NCBI GenBank assembly: GCA_007117135.1
Contig: SKHB01000010.1
Location: forward strand, 21,762-85,761
Length of the DNA: 64,000 bases
Direction: 5' to 3'
From: Microbacteriaceae bacterium
Lineage (GTDB): Bacteria; Actinomycetota; Actinomycetes; Actinomycetales; Microbacteriaceae
This document shows positions 11,346 to 21,268 of this stretch, in pieces (position 1 is the stretch's first letter; each line of letters begins with the position of its first letter). Position numbers and translations under genes: made by a program. The notes beneath the pieces were generated by a model that was given only the letters and a program-made list of their open reading frames with translations, did not search any database and was not told where the DNA came from.

Positions 11346-11356
11346 AATTCTACCAC

Positions 11357-12070
11357 TCACGAGTGACCCTCTCGCGACCGATACACCGAGCGCATCAACA
11401 ACCAGCTCAGCCACAACACCAGCGCATAGAGCGGCAACCCCATCACCAGTCGTGCAATGGCGAGCTCCGCTACAGCACCCTGAAGAAAAAGGGGCACCTG
11501 AACAATCAGTCTTGCCCCAAACAACCCCACCCACAGTGTCGTCGCAATGGTCGCCAACCGGCGCTTTGCTCGGTCAGCCCGCCACTGAGAATCGGACACC
11601 AGCAGTCCGGAAATCACACCAATCAGTGGTCGCCCCACCAGAATCGACACGACCATCGCAGTCAGGCCGATACCGTTCACCCACAAACCCAGCACAAAAT
11701 TGTCCTCCGGGCGCCCCGACCACAGGGCTACACCAGCAGACGCCGCCAAACCCCCCATTCCGATAAGTGCTGGTTGGACGGTGCTGCGCGAAAAAACTCG
11801 GGCAACGACGAACACCAGCGCCAATCCGAGAGGGGCCAAAACCGACCACACAAGCACCCCGGTCAGCGAAAAAACGGTCAAGAACGTCAGGCCGGGAACA
11901 ATCGCCTCCACCAACCCGCGCACACCCCCGACCGCCGACCAAATATCTGACGCGGTGGGGGTTTGACCAGGTGTCACCGTGCCAAAAGCGGATTGCCGTA
12001 ACCGTTCAGCCAACTCGTCTGCTGGGTCTCGCTCCGAATCGGAGCGCTCAGGTTGCGTGGAGTCGCTCAT
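11357..12070 (-). CDS. DUF3159 membrane protein
   Basis: AVGGVRGLVE, RPLIG and RLIVQVPL..ARLVMGLPL motifs; follows DUF3710. Confidence 0.85.
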   Translation of the reverse strand: MSDSTQPERSDSERDPADELAERLRQSAFGTVTPGQTPTASDIWSAVGGVRGLVEAIVPGLTFLTVFSLTGVLVWSVLAPLGLALVFVVARVFSRSTVQPALIGMGGLAASAGVALWSGRPEDNFVLGLWVNGIGLTAMVVSILVGRPLIGVISGLLVSDSQWRADRAKRRLATIATTLWVGLFGARLIVQVPLFLQGAVAELAIARLVMGLPLYALVLWLSWLLMRSVYRSREGHS

Positions 12071-12693
12071 ACTTGGTCGGCTGAACCCTCTTTATTGCCC
12101 GAATCAGGAACCCGGAGAGGGAGAAGGTCCCGCGGCGGCATAGGGGTGTTACCGCGAACAACCACGAGGGAGCGGAAAATGTCATGAATAGCGACAGCCG
12201 CATCCGGGTTGGTGGCGGCTGGCCCGCCGACAACGCCCCGCAGAAACCACCTGGGGCCGTCAACACCGATGAATCGAACCGTTCGCTTCGAATAGCCTTC
12301 TGGGCTTTGAACGGGAACAGTCGAGACCAGTTCAGGGCCAAACTCGCCATCGCCGGGAATGACTTCACCACCCTGAGTGCGAATCTGTTCGGCGATTTGC
12401 TCTTTGATTCCCAGCCACAATCCCGACGACCGTGGCGCTGCGAAAGGTTGAACCTGAATGGTCGACCCGTCCAGTTCGAACGTCACCGCCACGACGCGGG
12501 AACTCGCTTTTTCGACTTCTAACCGCATTTGCATGCCGCGGCGAGGCTCGACTCGAAGGGCACCCAAGTCAATGGACGGTTTGATGGACCCGGCCTCTTG
12601 ATCGTCCAGAGGGCCGCGCTCGGCGCGGTCAGCCGGATAGGACTTGGCGTAGTCGTCACCTTCCGCGGCAAGACTGGTTTGGATATCTGTCAT
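12067..12693 (-). CDS. DUF3710 family protein
   Basis: GPLD, DLGAL, FAAPRSSGLW, RFIGVDGPRWFLRG and VVRG..PMPPR motifs. Confidence 0.88.
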   Translation of the reverse strand: MTDIQTSLAAEGDDYAKSYPADRAERGPLDDQEAGSIKPSIDLGALRVEPRRGMQMRLEVEKASSRVVAVTFELDGSTIQVQPFAAPRSSGLWLGIKEQIAEQIRTQGGEVIPGDGEFGPELVSTVPVQSPEGYSKRTVRFIGVDGPRWFLRGVVGGPAATNPDAAVAIHDIFRSLVVVRGNTPMPPRDLLPLRVPDSGNKEGSADQV

Positions 12694-12702
12694 GTCAACC
12701 TC

Positions 12703-13140
12703 TCACTTCACGCCGGTCGAACCGAAGCCGTCTTCGCCCCGGTGAGAACCCGGCAAAGCTTCCACCCCTACCGTGTGCCATGCGGTGGCGGGCATGACCA
12801 CGAGTTGGGCAATACGGTCCCCCGCAGAAATCTTAAACTCTTCGTCCTTGTCGGTGTTGAGAACCACCACACTAATCTCTCCCCGATAACCGGAATCAAT
12901 CAACCCTGGACTGTTCACCAGGGTGATGCCGTGTTTTGCGGCGAGACCGCTGCGAGGCAACACCAAGGCCATCACCCCTGCGGGCAAGGCAATCTTCACA
13001 CCCGTGCCGATAACGGCACGTTCCCCCGGCGCGAGAACACAGTCGATTGCTGCGGTCAAATCAGCGCCCGCATCGCCGGGGTGAGCGAAGCGTGGCGCAC
13101 TTCCCACTGCGAGAACCGGAACACTGTCATCGTGGTGCAC
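12703..13140 (-). CDS. dut: dUTP diphosphatase
   Basis: GDAGADL, PRSGLA, GLIDSGYRGE, GDRIAQL and RGEDGFGSTG motifs. Confidence 0.97.
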   Translation of the reverse strand: MHHDDSVPVLAVGSAPRFAHPGDAGADLTAAIDCVLAPGERAVIGTGVKIALPAGVMALVLPRSGLAAKHGITLVNSPGLIDSGYRGEISVVVLNTDKDEEFKISAGDRIAQLVVMPATAWHTVGVEALPGSHRGEDGFGSTGVK

Positions 13141-13171
13141 CCTCTAAGGCTATACGTGGTCCAATAGTGTC

Positions 13172-13618
13172 GTGGATTCATACTCTGAACGCTTACTTCC
13201 CTCCTGGTGGCTGACGCTGGTTCTCGGGCTGTTCCTGCCTGCCGGGTTCATCATTTTTCTGCCCCTCGATCCACTCGTCGGACTCGCCGCGGGCGCAATG
13301 ATGTGGGCAGGAGCCTGGGGTGTGTTAGCGATCTTCAGCCCCACAGTGTCCGCCACTGCTGAGGGTTTTCGCGCTGGTATCGCCCGGGTTGAGTGGAGAA
13401 ACGTCTCCCACGTTGAGGTGGTCAGCAAGGAAGAAGCGCGCCGAGCCACCGGGGTTGACTTGGATGCGAGAGCATGGTTGGTCATACGACCGTGGATCAA
13501 GACAGCGGTGCGGGTGCATATCCGCGACGACGACGACCCCACGCCGTATTGGTTAGTGTCCTCAGCGACACCACACAGGCTCGCCGAGGTGTGCCGGAAA
13601 TACGTGGAGCCGGTTTAG
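13172..13618 (+). CDS. DUF3093 membrane protein
   Basis: YSERL start, two TM helices and DDPTPYWLVSS; divergent from dut as usual. Confidence 0.85.
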   Translation: MDSYSERLLPSWWLTLVLGLFLPAGFIIFLPLDPLVGLAAGAMMWAGAWGVLAIFSPTVSATAEGFRAGIARVEWRNVSHVEVVSKEEARRATGVDLDARAWLVIRPWIKTAVRVHIRDDDDPTPYWLVSSATPHRLAEVCRKYVEPV

Positions 13619-13908
13619 GCGGCGCACTCCTGGCAGACCGGCCCAAGTTTTGACTTCTTCGCCAACTGGGATCGGTGCATGACCAGGAAACATTCCACAC
13701 AGGTGAACTCGTCCTCCTGCGGGGGAAGGACAACAACGTCAAGTTCGACGTTGGCCAGGTCCTGGCCGGCGAGTTCCACGCTGCCTGGGTTATCGGCGTC
13801 GTCGGCATCAACGACTCCAGACAGCTTGTCGGGAACACGCTCCTGGAGAGCCTGGATGGATTCAGTATCTTCTTCAGACTTTCTCGGGGCATCGTAATCG
13901 GTGGCCAT
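13615..13908 (-). CDS. DUF4193 family protein
   Basis: MATDYDAPRK start and EFTCVECFLVMHRSQL..CQEC. Confidence 0.92.
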   Translation of the reverse strand: MATDYDAPRKSEEDTESIQALQERVPDKLSGVVDADDADNPGSVELAGQDLANVELDVVVLPPQEDEFTCVECFLVMHRSQLAKKSKLGPVCQECAA

Positions 13909-14112
13909 GTGTTCCTACCCTCACACCCTTCTTCGTAGCTAACCCAGCGGCGACAGTCTGCATGAAAAACCTTGGAGATTGCAAACACCACACCGGTATT
14001 GTGTGAAACGCAAGACAACACCCAGTTATTCCGCTTTTTAGCGACACCCGCACAATTAGCGCACGAGGCCCCCAGAGCGTGCCATTCTAGTAACCACAGT
14101 GTGGGAGGTGTC

Positions 14113-15162
14113 ATGCAGTCATTGACCGTTGTCGGACGGGAAAACGACCTCTTGATTGTGGTCAACGAGTCGGGGGAACGGTTTTCGATCACCATCGATC
14201 AAGCCCTCATCGACCAGGTGCGAAGAAGCCCCACCCTGGGGCGCCCTTCACGGCAGCAAACAAGCCCCAAAGACATCCAGGCACATATCCGTCGAGGTCT
14301 CACCGCGCAGCAGGTAGCCGACCTGACCGGCGAAGACATTTCTTACATTCAACGCTTTGAAGGCCCGGTTCTCGCCGAACGAGACTATGTTGTCGAACAG
14401 GCCCGCAACATGCTCATCGGCGATTCTGGGTCAGACCACTCCACCTCTTTCGGTGACCTGGTCAGCCACAAACTTTCTGAACTTAAAGCAAAAGACATTA
14501 GCTGGTCGGCTTGGCGGGAAGACTCCGGCTGGAGGGTCGAGGTGACCTTTTTTGAAGGTGAAGTAGAACACAAGGCACACTGGACTTTCGACCAGCGCAA
14601 ACACACCCTCACCCCCCTCAATGAAGACGCCACCGTCCTCAGTACTGATGAACCAATTCGGGGACCGCTGATCCCGAAACTTCGCGCAGTCCCGACGGCC
14701 ATTGCCGACGACGATGACCACTTTGACACCGACGTTTTCGGTGACATGCCGCTGGAGCACACCGGCCCACTGTTGGAGCCCGTTGCCTACGGCCGGACCG
14801 GAAACGCTGCTGTGACCACGGGCGAAAACGATGACCGCGATGATGACGCTCCCACGGCGAACACCGCCGACCTGTTGGAAGTGCTGCGGCGTCGTCGCGG
14901 CGAGCGCGAGCCTGCCCCCGACTACGACTCTGACAGCTCTCGCTCCGCACACCCCTCCACCGGTTCCATTCGCTTGGTGGACCCCGACGCGGACTCAGAA
15001 GGAGCGTCGATTCATTCACTTCCCGGCGCGGACGCAGCCCCCGAAGATGACACGCCCGATGACCCTGATAACAAACCCTCCGGGTCAAAAAAGAGTCGGC
15101 CGGAGATGCCCAGCTGGGATGACATCGTCTTTGGTACGAGAAGCGACGACGACCCCGCCTAG
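14113..15162 (+). CDS. sepH: Septation protein SepH (DUF3071)
   Basis: SPKDIQAHIRRG, RFEGPVLAER and C-terminal PSWDDIVFG. SD GGAGG precedes the ATG at 14113. Confidence 0.9.
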   Translation: MQSLTVVGRENDLLIVVNESGERFSITIDQALIDQVRRSPTLGRPSRQQTSPKDIQAHIRRGLTAQQVADLTGEDISYIQRFEGPVLAERDYVVEQARNMLIGDSGSDHSTSFGDLVSHKLSELKAKDISWSAWREDSGWRVEVTFFEGEVEHKAHWTFDQRKHTLTPLNEDATVLSTDEPIRGPLIPKLRAVPTAIADDDDHFDTDVFGDMPLEHTGPLLEPVAYGRTGNAAVTTGENDDRDDDAPTANTADLLEVLRRRRGEREPAPDYDSDSSRSAHPSTGSIRLVDPDADSEGASIHSLPGADAAPEDDTPDDPDNKPSGSKKSRPEMPSWDDIVFGTRSDDDPA

Positions 15163-16289
15163 GACCCCCACGCTCCCAGTGGAATACAGGGGACGATTGT
15201 TTCTATGTCGGTCGACGACCCATGCTGGCCAACCATCTGATACGACATTGCAGACGCCGTTGCTTCGTCATAAAAAACCCATGTGTCCGCTGCAAAAATA
15301 ATCACATCACCGATTCGCCGGCGGTGCGCGGGATCAACCTCGCCGAACAATCTCCTGGCCACCGCCTCATCACGACTCACCACCTCACCCCGGCCATCCA
15401 CCCAGGTCGCCACGCGCTCAAAAAATGCCTCCTCATCAACCCCGGGGTTGCGGTAGAGGTGAACACAGCGGGGTTCACCGGCAAAATGGTCAATATCTGC
15501 TCGAAGTGGGTCGGAGGCCAACAACACCACGCGGTCTGATTCGGTGACGGAGACCATGCCGTGATCGGCGGTCAACACGGCGGCTTCATCAGCCAAGAGT
15601 GTCGCTGATAGCTCCCCCACCCAAGCGTCAATCGCTTCCAGCTCATCTACCCATTCAGCGCTGCCCACGCCTCGAGAGTGACCGAGTCGGTCCAGTGTTG
15701 GCCAATAGAGGTAACACAACCCGGAGTCGTGTCGGTCAAAAAAATCCCGCATCAATGCGGTGTGTGTGCCCAGACGATTCGACGGCGCAAACTCCGCTCC
15801 TCGAAGAATCGCGCGGGTGAAATCGGTGCCATCAAACCTCGCTTCACCAACCGTGAGAACAGGGATGCCCTCCGTCGCCAATGTTTCAAACACTGTCGGG
15901 CACGGCTGCCACTGTTCTGGCGTCACGCCCTCCGGGAAGGGTTTCAAGTGGTTCAGAACTGTGCCAGAGCGTGGTTCTAAAACGCTGTAGCCCAACATGC
16001 CATGAACCCCAGCGGGTTGGCCCGTGGTGAGAGAAGCAAGAGCCGTGGACGTCGTTGAGGGCAAGCCCGAGTGTAAAGAAAAACCAGACGTTTTGAGCGC
16101 AGCAACCAGACGTCTGGCATGTCCCGAGTGGTCCAAAAGATTATGGGTGCCCAACCCGTCGATGACGATGAGGGCAATCTTTCTCACGGGGGGAAAGCCA
16201 AAAGCTGTGGTGTCGCCTCGAAGGGCGGACAACAGGTTGTCCGCCACGTTGAAAATCTGCCCTCTCACCGAGGGTCTGGCCGGTAGCAT
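15159..16289 (-). CDS. Alkaline phosphatase superfamily / nucleotide pyrophosphatase
   Basis: IDGLG, PSTT (Thr nucleophile), DRLGH, TADHG and GQHGS metal motifs. The ATG at 16289 is 7 nt after TAGGAT. Confidence 0.85.
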   Translation of the reverse strand: MLPARPSVRGQIFNVADNLLSALRGDTTAFGFPPVRKIALIVIDGLGTHNLLDHSGHARRLVAALKTSGFSLHSGLPSTTSTALASLTTGQPAGVHGMLGYSVLEPRSGTVLNHLKPFPEGVTPEQWQPCPTVFETLATEGIPVLTVGEARFDGTDFTRAILRGAEFAPSNRLGTHTALMRDFFDRHDSGLCYLYWPTLDRLGHSRGVGSAEWVDELEAIDAWVGELSATLLADEAAVLTADHGMVSVTESDRVVLLASDPLRADIDHFAGEPRCVHLYRNPGVDEEAFFERVATWVDGRGEVVSRDEAVARRLFGEVDPAHRRRIGDVIIFAADTWVFYDEATASAMSYQMVGQHGSSTDIETIVPCIPLGAWGS

Positions 16290-16301
16290 GGTGGCCATCC
16301 T

Positions 16302-18770
16302 ATGACTGATGCACCCACCAGCCCAGCTTCCAGCCAGAAAAAGTCGATTACCGGCGAAAGAATTGTCGACGTTGAACTCACCGACGAAATGTCGGACTCT
16401 TTCCTGGAGTATGCCTACTCGGTGATTTACCAGCGGGCACTTCCCGACGCCCGTGACGGGCTGAAACCGGTGCAGCGCAGGATTCTTTACCAAATGAGCG
16501 ACATGGGACTTCGGCCAGACCGCGGCCACGTCAAATCGGCGCGTGTCGTTGGTGAAGTGATGGGAAAACTCCACCCCCACGGTGATCAGGCCATCTACGA
16601 CGCCCTGGTGCGACTCTCCCAAGATTTCACCCTCCGAGTCCCCCTGGTCGACGGTCACGGAAACTTTGGTTCACTCGACGACGGTCCAGCCGCCGCCCGG
16701 TATACCGAAGCGAGGCTCCGGCCAGAAGCCCTCGCCATGGTTCAAGACATCGACGAAGACGTCGTCAATTTTGTTCCCAACTATGACAACCAACTCACCC
16801 AACCTGACGTGTTGCCGGCCGCCATTCCGAACCTTCTCGTCAACGGCGCAAGCGGCATTGCGGTGGGTATGGCCACCAATATGGCCCCCCACAACCTCGG
16901 TGAGGTGGTGTCTGCTGCGAAGCATCTGATTGACAACCCGGATGCCGCACTGAAAAAGATCATGTCTTTTGTTCCCGGGCCGGATCTTCCCAGTGGAGCG
17001 ATGATTGTTGGCCGGGAAGGCATCCAGGAGGCATACGAAACAGGCCGCGGTTCTTTCCGAATGCGGGCCACAACCAGCATCGAACCCATCGGCCCCCGGT
17101 CCACAGGCATTGTTGTCACCGAACTTCCCTACCTGGTGGGACCGGAGCGTGTCATTGAAAAAATTAAAGACGCTGTTCAGTCAAAAAAACTGCAGGGCAT
17201 TTCGGATGTCAATGATCTGACAGACCGGAAAAATGGGCTTCGACTGGTCATAGCCGTGAAGTCTGGGTTTGACCCAAAGTTGGTGTTAGAACAACTGCAC
17301 CGCCTCACGCCGTTGGAAGAGTCGTTCTCCATCAACAATGTTGCACTGGTGGGCGGAACACCGCACACCTTGGGGCTCATTCAGTTGCTGCAGGTGTTCA
17401 TTGATCACCGTATTGAGGTCACCACAAGGCGTTCATCACACCGCTTGAAGACAAAGACGGCTCGCCTTCACCTTGTTGACGGGTTGCTGATTGCGATCGT
17501 CGATATTGACGAAGTCATTGCAGTGATTCGGTCCAGTGACGACTCGTCGGCGGCAAAAAAACGGCTCTGCGACGTCTTTGACCTGTCAGAAATTCAAGCC
17601 GAATACATTTTAGAGCTTCGCCTGAGGCGACTCACCAAGTTCTCCCGGATCGAATTGGAAACAGAGCGGGACACCCTCCAAGCAGAGATCGCCCACCTGG
17701 AAGACCTTCTCGCCCACCCAGAAAAAATTCGACACCTTGTCCGGGACGAATTAGATGAGGTTGCCCAGGCTTTTGGCACTCCCCGCCGAACGGTTTTGTT
17801 AGATGCCGCCGACGTCCCCGCCCCCGCCGCCAGGAAAACTCCCGTATCGGCCGAACGGCAAGACACCCGCTGCCGCCTCCTCGTCACCAGTACCCTTCGC
17901 GCCAGTGTTCGACTCGCTGACGGTGATGACTTATCCGTCACAACATCATCAAAACGTGTTGCCCACGACGCCATACTCGCTGACATCACCACGACCACAC
18001 GCGCCCGGGTTGGCATTCTCACTGCAGATGGGACCCTGACAGAAATTGAAACCGGCGACATCCCCGCCACCGACGGCGAGAAAGTGAACCTCTCTGGCGG
18101 CGTCAACCTGGTTGAATTTCTCGGTTTCGACAAAAAACATCCCGCCATTGTGGGGGTGTTCCCGCTCGGTGAGCGCAGCCCAACTATTGCTTTAGGAACC
18201 CGCCAGGGAACAGTGAAGCGAGTTGACTTGTCCGCATTGGCTTCAAAACCCCACCAGTCGATCATCAGCTTGAAAGATGGCGACCAGGTTGTTGGGGCAA
18301 GTGTTGCCCCAGAGGGTTCGTGGTTATGTTTTGTGACCGACCACGCCCAGCTTCTTCGCTTCCCAGCCGACCAGGTGCGCCCCCAAGGCCAAGCCGCTGG
18401 GGGGATGGCAGGAATCAAACTCCCCGATTCGGCACGTGTTATTGCCTTTCACTCCAGCGCAGACGAGACCTGGCAGGTGGTGACAGTGTCCGGATCTTCT
18501 GAAGCTCTCCGAGGGGTTGACCCTGGTCGGGCGAAAATTTCCCCGCTGTCTGAATTCCCCCCCAAAGGCCGCGGCACCGGTGGTGTCAGGGCGCACTCTT
18601 TCCTCAAAGGCGAAGATACTCTCACCCTGGCGGGAATATTCGACATTCCTCGCGCCCTCGGCCCGACCGGGAAACCCGTCGAACTGCCAGAGGCCGGAGC
18701 AAAGCGGGACGCAAGCGGTCACCCCCTGCCGGCTCCCATTGGGTCGCTGGGAAGCGCCGTGGTGTCTTAG
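16302..18770 (+). CDS. parC: Type IIA topoisomerase subunit A (topoisomerase IV ParC-like)
   Basis: [21 protein letters not shown] and the AARYTE catalytic Tyr. No canonical GyrA-box is visible, and the gene is not in a dnaA-gyrB context. Confidence 0.88.
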   Translation: MTDAPTSPASSQKKSITGERIVDVELTDEMSDSFLEYAYSVIYQRALPDARDGLKPVQRRILYQMSDMGLRPDRGHVKSARVVGEVMGKLHPHGDQAIYDALVRLSQDFTLRVPLVDGHGNFGSLDDGPAAARYTEARLRPEALAMVQDIDEDVVNFVPNYDNQLTQPDVLPAAIPNLLVNGASGIAVGMATNMAPHNLGEVVSAAKHLIDNPDAALKKIMSFVPGPDLPSGAMIVGREGIQEAYETGRGSFRMRATTSIEPIGPRSTGIVVTELPYLVGPERVIEKIKDAVQSKKLQGISDVNDLTDRKNGLRLVIAVKSGFDPKLVLEQLHRLTPLEESFSINNVALVGGTPHTLGLIQLLQVFIDHRIEVTTRRSSHRLKTKTARLHLVDGLLIAIVDIDEVIAVIRSSDDSSAAKKRLCDVFDLSEIQAEYILELRLRRLTKFSRIELETERDTLQAEIAHLEDLLAHPEKIRHLVRDELDEVAQAFGTPRRTVLLDAADVPAPAARKTPVSAERQDTRCRLLVTSTLRASVRLADGDDLSVTTSSKRVAHDAILADITTTTRARVGILTADGTLTEIETGDIPATDGEKVNLSGGVNLVEFLGFDKKHPAIVGVFPLGERSPTIALGTRQGTVKRVDLSALASKPHQSIISLKDGDQVVGASVAPEGSWLCFVTDHAQLLRFPADQVRPQGQAAGGMAGIKLPDSARVIAFHSSADETWQVVTVSGSSEALRGVDPGRAKISPLSEFPPKGRGTGGVRAHSFLKGEDTLTLAGIFDIPRALGPTGKPVELPEAGAKRDASGHPLPAPIGSLGSAVVS

Positions 18771-20839
18771 ACGTCGATTCGGCCAGGGTCCCCCCGGGCG
18801 ATGAACTCACGCCGGGGGGCAACTTCGTTACCCATAAGAAGTTCAAACATGGCTGCCGCTGCTTCAGCATCAGCAACACGAACCCGTCTGAGCATCCGGT
18901 TGGACGGCAACATGGTCGTGTCAGCCAACTGTTCGGCGTCCATTTCACCGAGACCCTTGTATCGCTGAATGGGTTCCTGGTATGTCTTGCCTCGTTTTTC
19001 CAGGTCAGCAAGAACAGCTGTCAACTCGGCTTCCGAGTAGGTGTAAATAATGTCGTTGGGGGTTGCCCCGCGGTTGTTGACCACCACCCGGTGAAGCGGC
19101 GGCACGGCGGCAAAAACACGACCCGCTTCCACCAGGGGCCTCATGTAACGGAAAAAGAGGGTGAGAAGCAGGGTTCTAATGTGAGCGCCGTCCACATCGG
19201 CGTCACTCATGATGATGATCTTGCCGTAGCGGGCTTGCTCCACCTCAAAAGTTCTGCCGGAGCCTGCACCAATCACCTGGATGATTGCGGCGCACTCGGC
19301 GTTACTCAACATGTCAGAGACGGACGCTTTTTGGGTGTTCAAAATCTTTCCACGAATCGGAAGGAGAGCCTGGTGTTCTGAATCCCTGGCCAGCTTCGCT
19401 GTCCCGAGAGCCGAATCACCCTCCACAATAAACAGTTCCGTGGAGTCCACTTCTTTGGATCGACAATCCACCAGTTTCGTGGGGAGGGAGGAATTTTCCA
19501 GCGCATTCTTTCTGCGCTGTGTGTCTTTCAAGGTTCTCGCCGAGATGCGGGTCTTCATTTCAGAGACCACTTTTTCTAAGAGCACCTGAGATTGGGCTTT
19601 AGTGTCACGTTTGCCCGACGTCAACATGTCGCTCAAACCCTGTGACACCACGTTTTGGACAATGCCACGAATGGCGGGGGTGCCGAGTACTTCTTTTGTT
19701 TGGCCCTCGAACTGTGGTTCCGCAACCCGCACCGTGACAATCGCCGTCAGGCCAGCCAACACGTCGTCTTTATCCAGCTTGTCGTTTCCGACCTTCAGGC
19801 GCCTCGCGTTTTTTTCCACCTCGTGGCGGACAGTTTTCATCAACCCCAAGTCGAACCCGGCCTGGTGGGAGCCGCCCTTCGGAGTTTGGATGATGTTCAC
19901 AAAACTTCTCATCACCGTGTCATATCCGGTTCCCCAGCGAACCACCACATCCACTTCGCAGACTCGTTCGACATCTCGCTGCTCCAAATGCCCGAGGTCG
20001 TCCAGCACCGGCACAGTTTCCGTGAAAGTGCCCTCACCAACAAACCGCCACGGCCCGGCTACAGCCTCGTCCGGCGCCAAGAACTCCGCGTATTCGACCA
20101 GGCCGCCCTCGAAGTGAAACTCGTGGGACTCGGTCGTCCCTGTTCGATGGTCATGAATCGCAAGGTGCAGACCGGGCACGAGGAACGCCGTTTGTCTGGC
20201 CCGCGATAACAGGTCGTCGAGAGAAAAACTGCCATCTCGGCCAAACACTTGAGGGTCCGGCCAGTAGCGCACCCGTGTTCCTGTGACTCCCTTTTTAACC
20301 GAGCCCATCGGGACAAGGTCGCTACTTTTCACAAACGGTTCAAAGGGAGCGTCCGGTGACTTGTCACCGGAGTCCGTGAAACGTCCCGGCTCTCCCCGAC
20401 GAAACGACATTGCCCACGTTTTACCATCGCGATCCACCTCGACATCTAACCTGGACGACAACGCATTCACCACCGAGGCCCCCACTCCGTGAAGACCACC
20501 GCTGGCTTGGTATGACGCTCCACCAAATTTTCCGCCGGCGTGAAGTTTGGTGAACACCAATTCGACGCCGCTGAGACCCGTTCGAGGTTCTTTATCCACC
20601 GGCACACCTCGGCCGCTGTCAGTGACCTGAACCGAACCGTCGGAATACACGTCAATGTCGATACGGTTCCCGAAACCGGCGATTGCTTCGTCCACCGAGT
20701 TATCAATGATTTCCCAGAGACAGTGCATGAGGCCGCGAGAATCTGTCGACCCGATATACATGCCCGGACGCTTCCGAACTGCCTCCAGCCCCTCTAAGAC
20801 CGACAGGTGTCTTGCCGAATAGTCATCGGACTTTGCCAC
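18767..20839 (-). CDS. parE: Type IIA topoisomerase subunit B (topoisomerase IV ParE-like)
   Basis: [37 protein letters not shown] and RYKGLGEM motifs. GTG at 20839 follows GGGAG. Confidence 0.9.
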   Translation of the reverse strand: MAKSDDYSARHLSVLEGLEAVRKRPGMYIGSTDSRGLMHCLWEIIDNSVDEAIAGFGNRIDIDVYSDGSVQVTDSGRGVPVDKEPRTGLSGVELVFTKLHAGGKFGGASYQASGGLHGVGASVVNALSSRLDVEVDRDGKTWAMSFRRGEPGRFTDSGDKSPDAPFEPFVKSSDLVPMGSVKKGVTGTRVRYWPDPQVFGRDGSFSLDDLLSRARQTAFLVPGLHLAIHDHRTGTTESHEFHFEGGLVEYAEFLAPDEAVAGPWRFVGEGTFTETVPVLDDLGHLEQRDVERVCEVDVVVRWGTGYDTVMRSFVNIIQTPKGGSHQAGFDLGLMKTVRHEVEKNARRLKVGNDKLDKDDVLAGLTAIVTVRVAEPQFEGQTKEVLGTPAIRGIVQNVVSQGLSDMLTSGKRDTKAQSQVLLEKVVSEMKTRISARTLKDTQRRKNALENSSLPTKLVDCRSKEVDSTELFIVEGDSALGTAKLARDSEHQALLPIRGKILNTQKASVSDMLSNAECAAIIQVIGAGSGRTFEVEQARYGKIIIMSDADVDGAHIRTLLLTLFFRYMRPLVEAGRVFAAVPPLHRVVVNNRGATPNDIIYTYSEAELTAVLADLEKRGKTYQEPIQRYKGLGEMDAEQLADTTMLPSNRMLRRVRVADAEAAAAMFELLMGNEVAPRREFIARGDPGRIDV

Positions 20840-20929
20840 GTCGCTCCCTTCCACAGCCAACCCTCCCACAGCATAGAACCGGCACCGCACACCAGGGGGC
20901 TGGCTCGCCAAAGACAGTGAAAAGTCCTG

Positions 20930-20944
20930 CGCCGTAAGCGAAAC
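20930..20944. promoter_or_regulatory. ClgR-like box CGC-N5-GCGAAAC
   Basis: Reverse strand reads GTTTCGC-TTACG-GCG, resembling the actinobacterial ClgR motif TTCGC-N5-GCG. Confidence 0.4.
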
Positions 20945-21016
20945 AGGCCAGCAATCCAGGAAACCGAGCGGTGGCCGTGATGGAATGGGGGTCTCGATAG
21001 GGAAAGGTGTAGTGAC

Positions 21017-21265
21017 ATGACTGAACTTCAGAGCACCCTTGTTGACAACCCGGCCGCCCAGGCCACCACACCGCTGTCAGCAGGCGACCGGTGTGACTCA
21101 TGCGGTGCGCAGGCGTATGTTCGCGTCACCATTCCCAGTGGGTCCCTGCTGTTTTGTGGTCACCACGCAGCAAAACACAAAGACCAGCTGTTCGCTCAAG
21201 CTCTCACCTGGCACGACGAAACCTTCCGGCTGAGCCCCACCGCCCCCGAAGTGACTATCGACTAA
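21017..21265 (+). CDS. Small zinc-finger-like protein (DUF7455-like)
   Basis: DRCDSCGAQAYV...LLFCGHH; a conserved actinobacterial small ORF found between parE and sigA. Confidence 0.82.
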   Translation: MTELQSTLVDNPAAQATTPLSAGDRCDSCGAQAYVRVTIPSGSLLFCGHHAAKHKDQLFAQALTWHDETFRLSPTAPEVTID

Positions 21266-21268
21266 GGC

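Noticed and set aside
13909-14112. GACAC (WhiA-like) and partial CRP-like sequences upstream of sepH
   Set aside because: The motifs are too short or degenerate to distinguish from chance.
16290-16658. N-terminal extension of the 499-aa phosphatase ORF overlapping parC
   Set aside because: It is antisense to the highly conserved ParC N-terminus; the family-like sequence and a -10 element point to a start at 16289.
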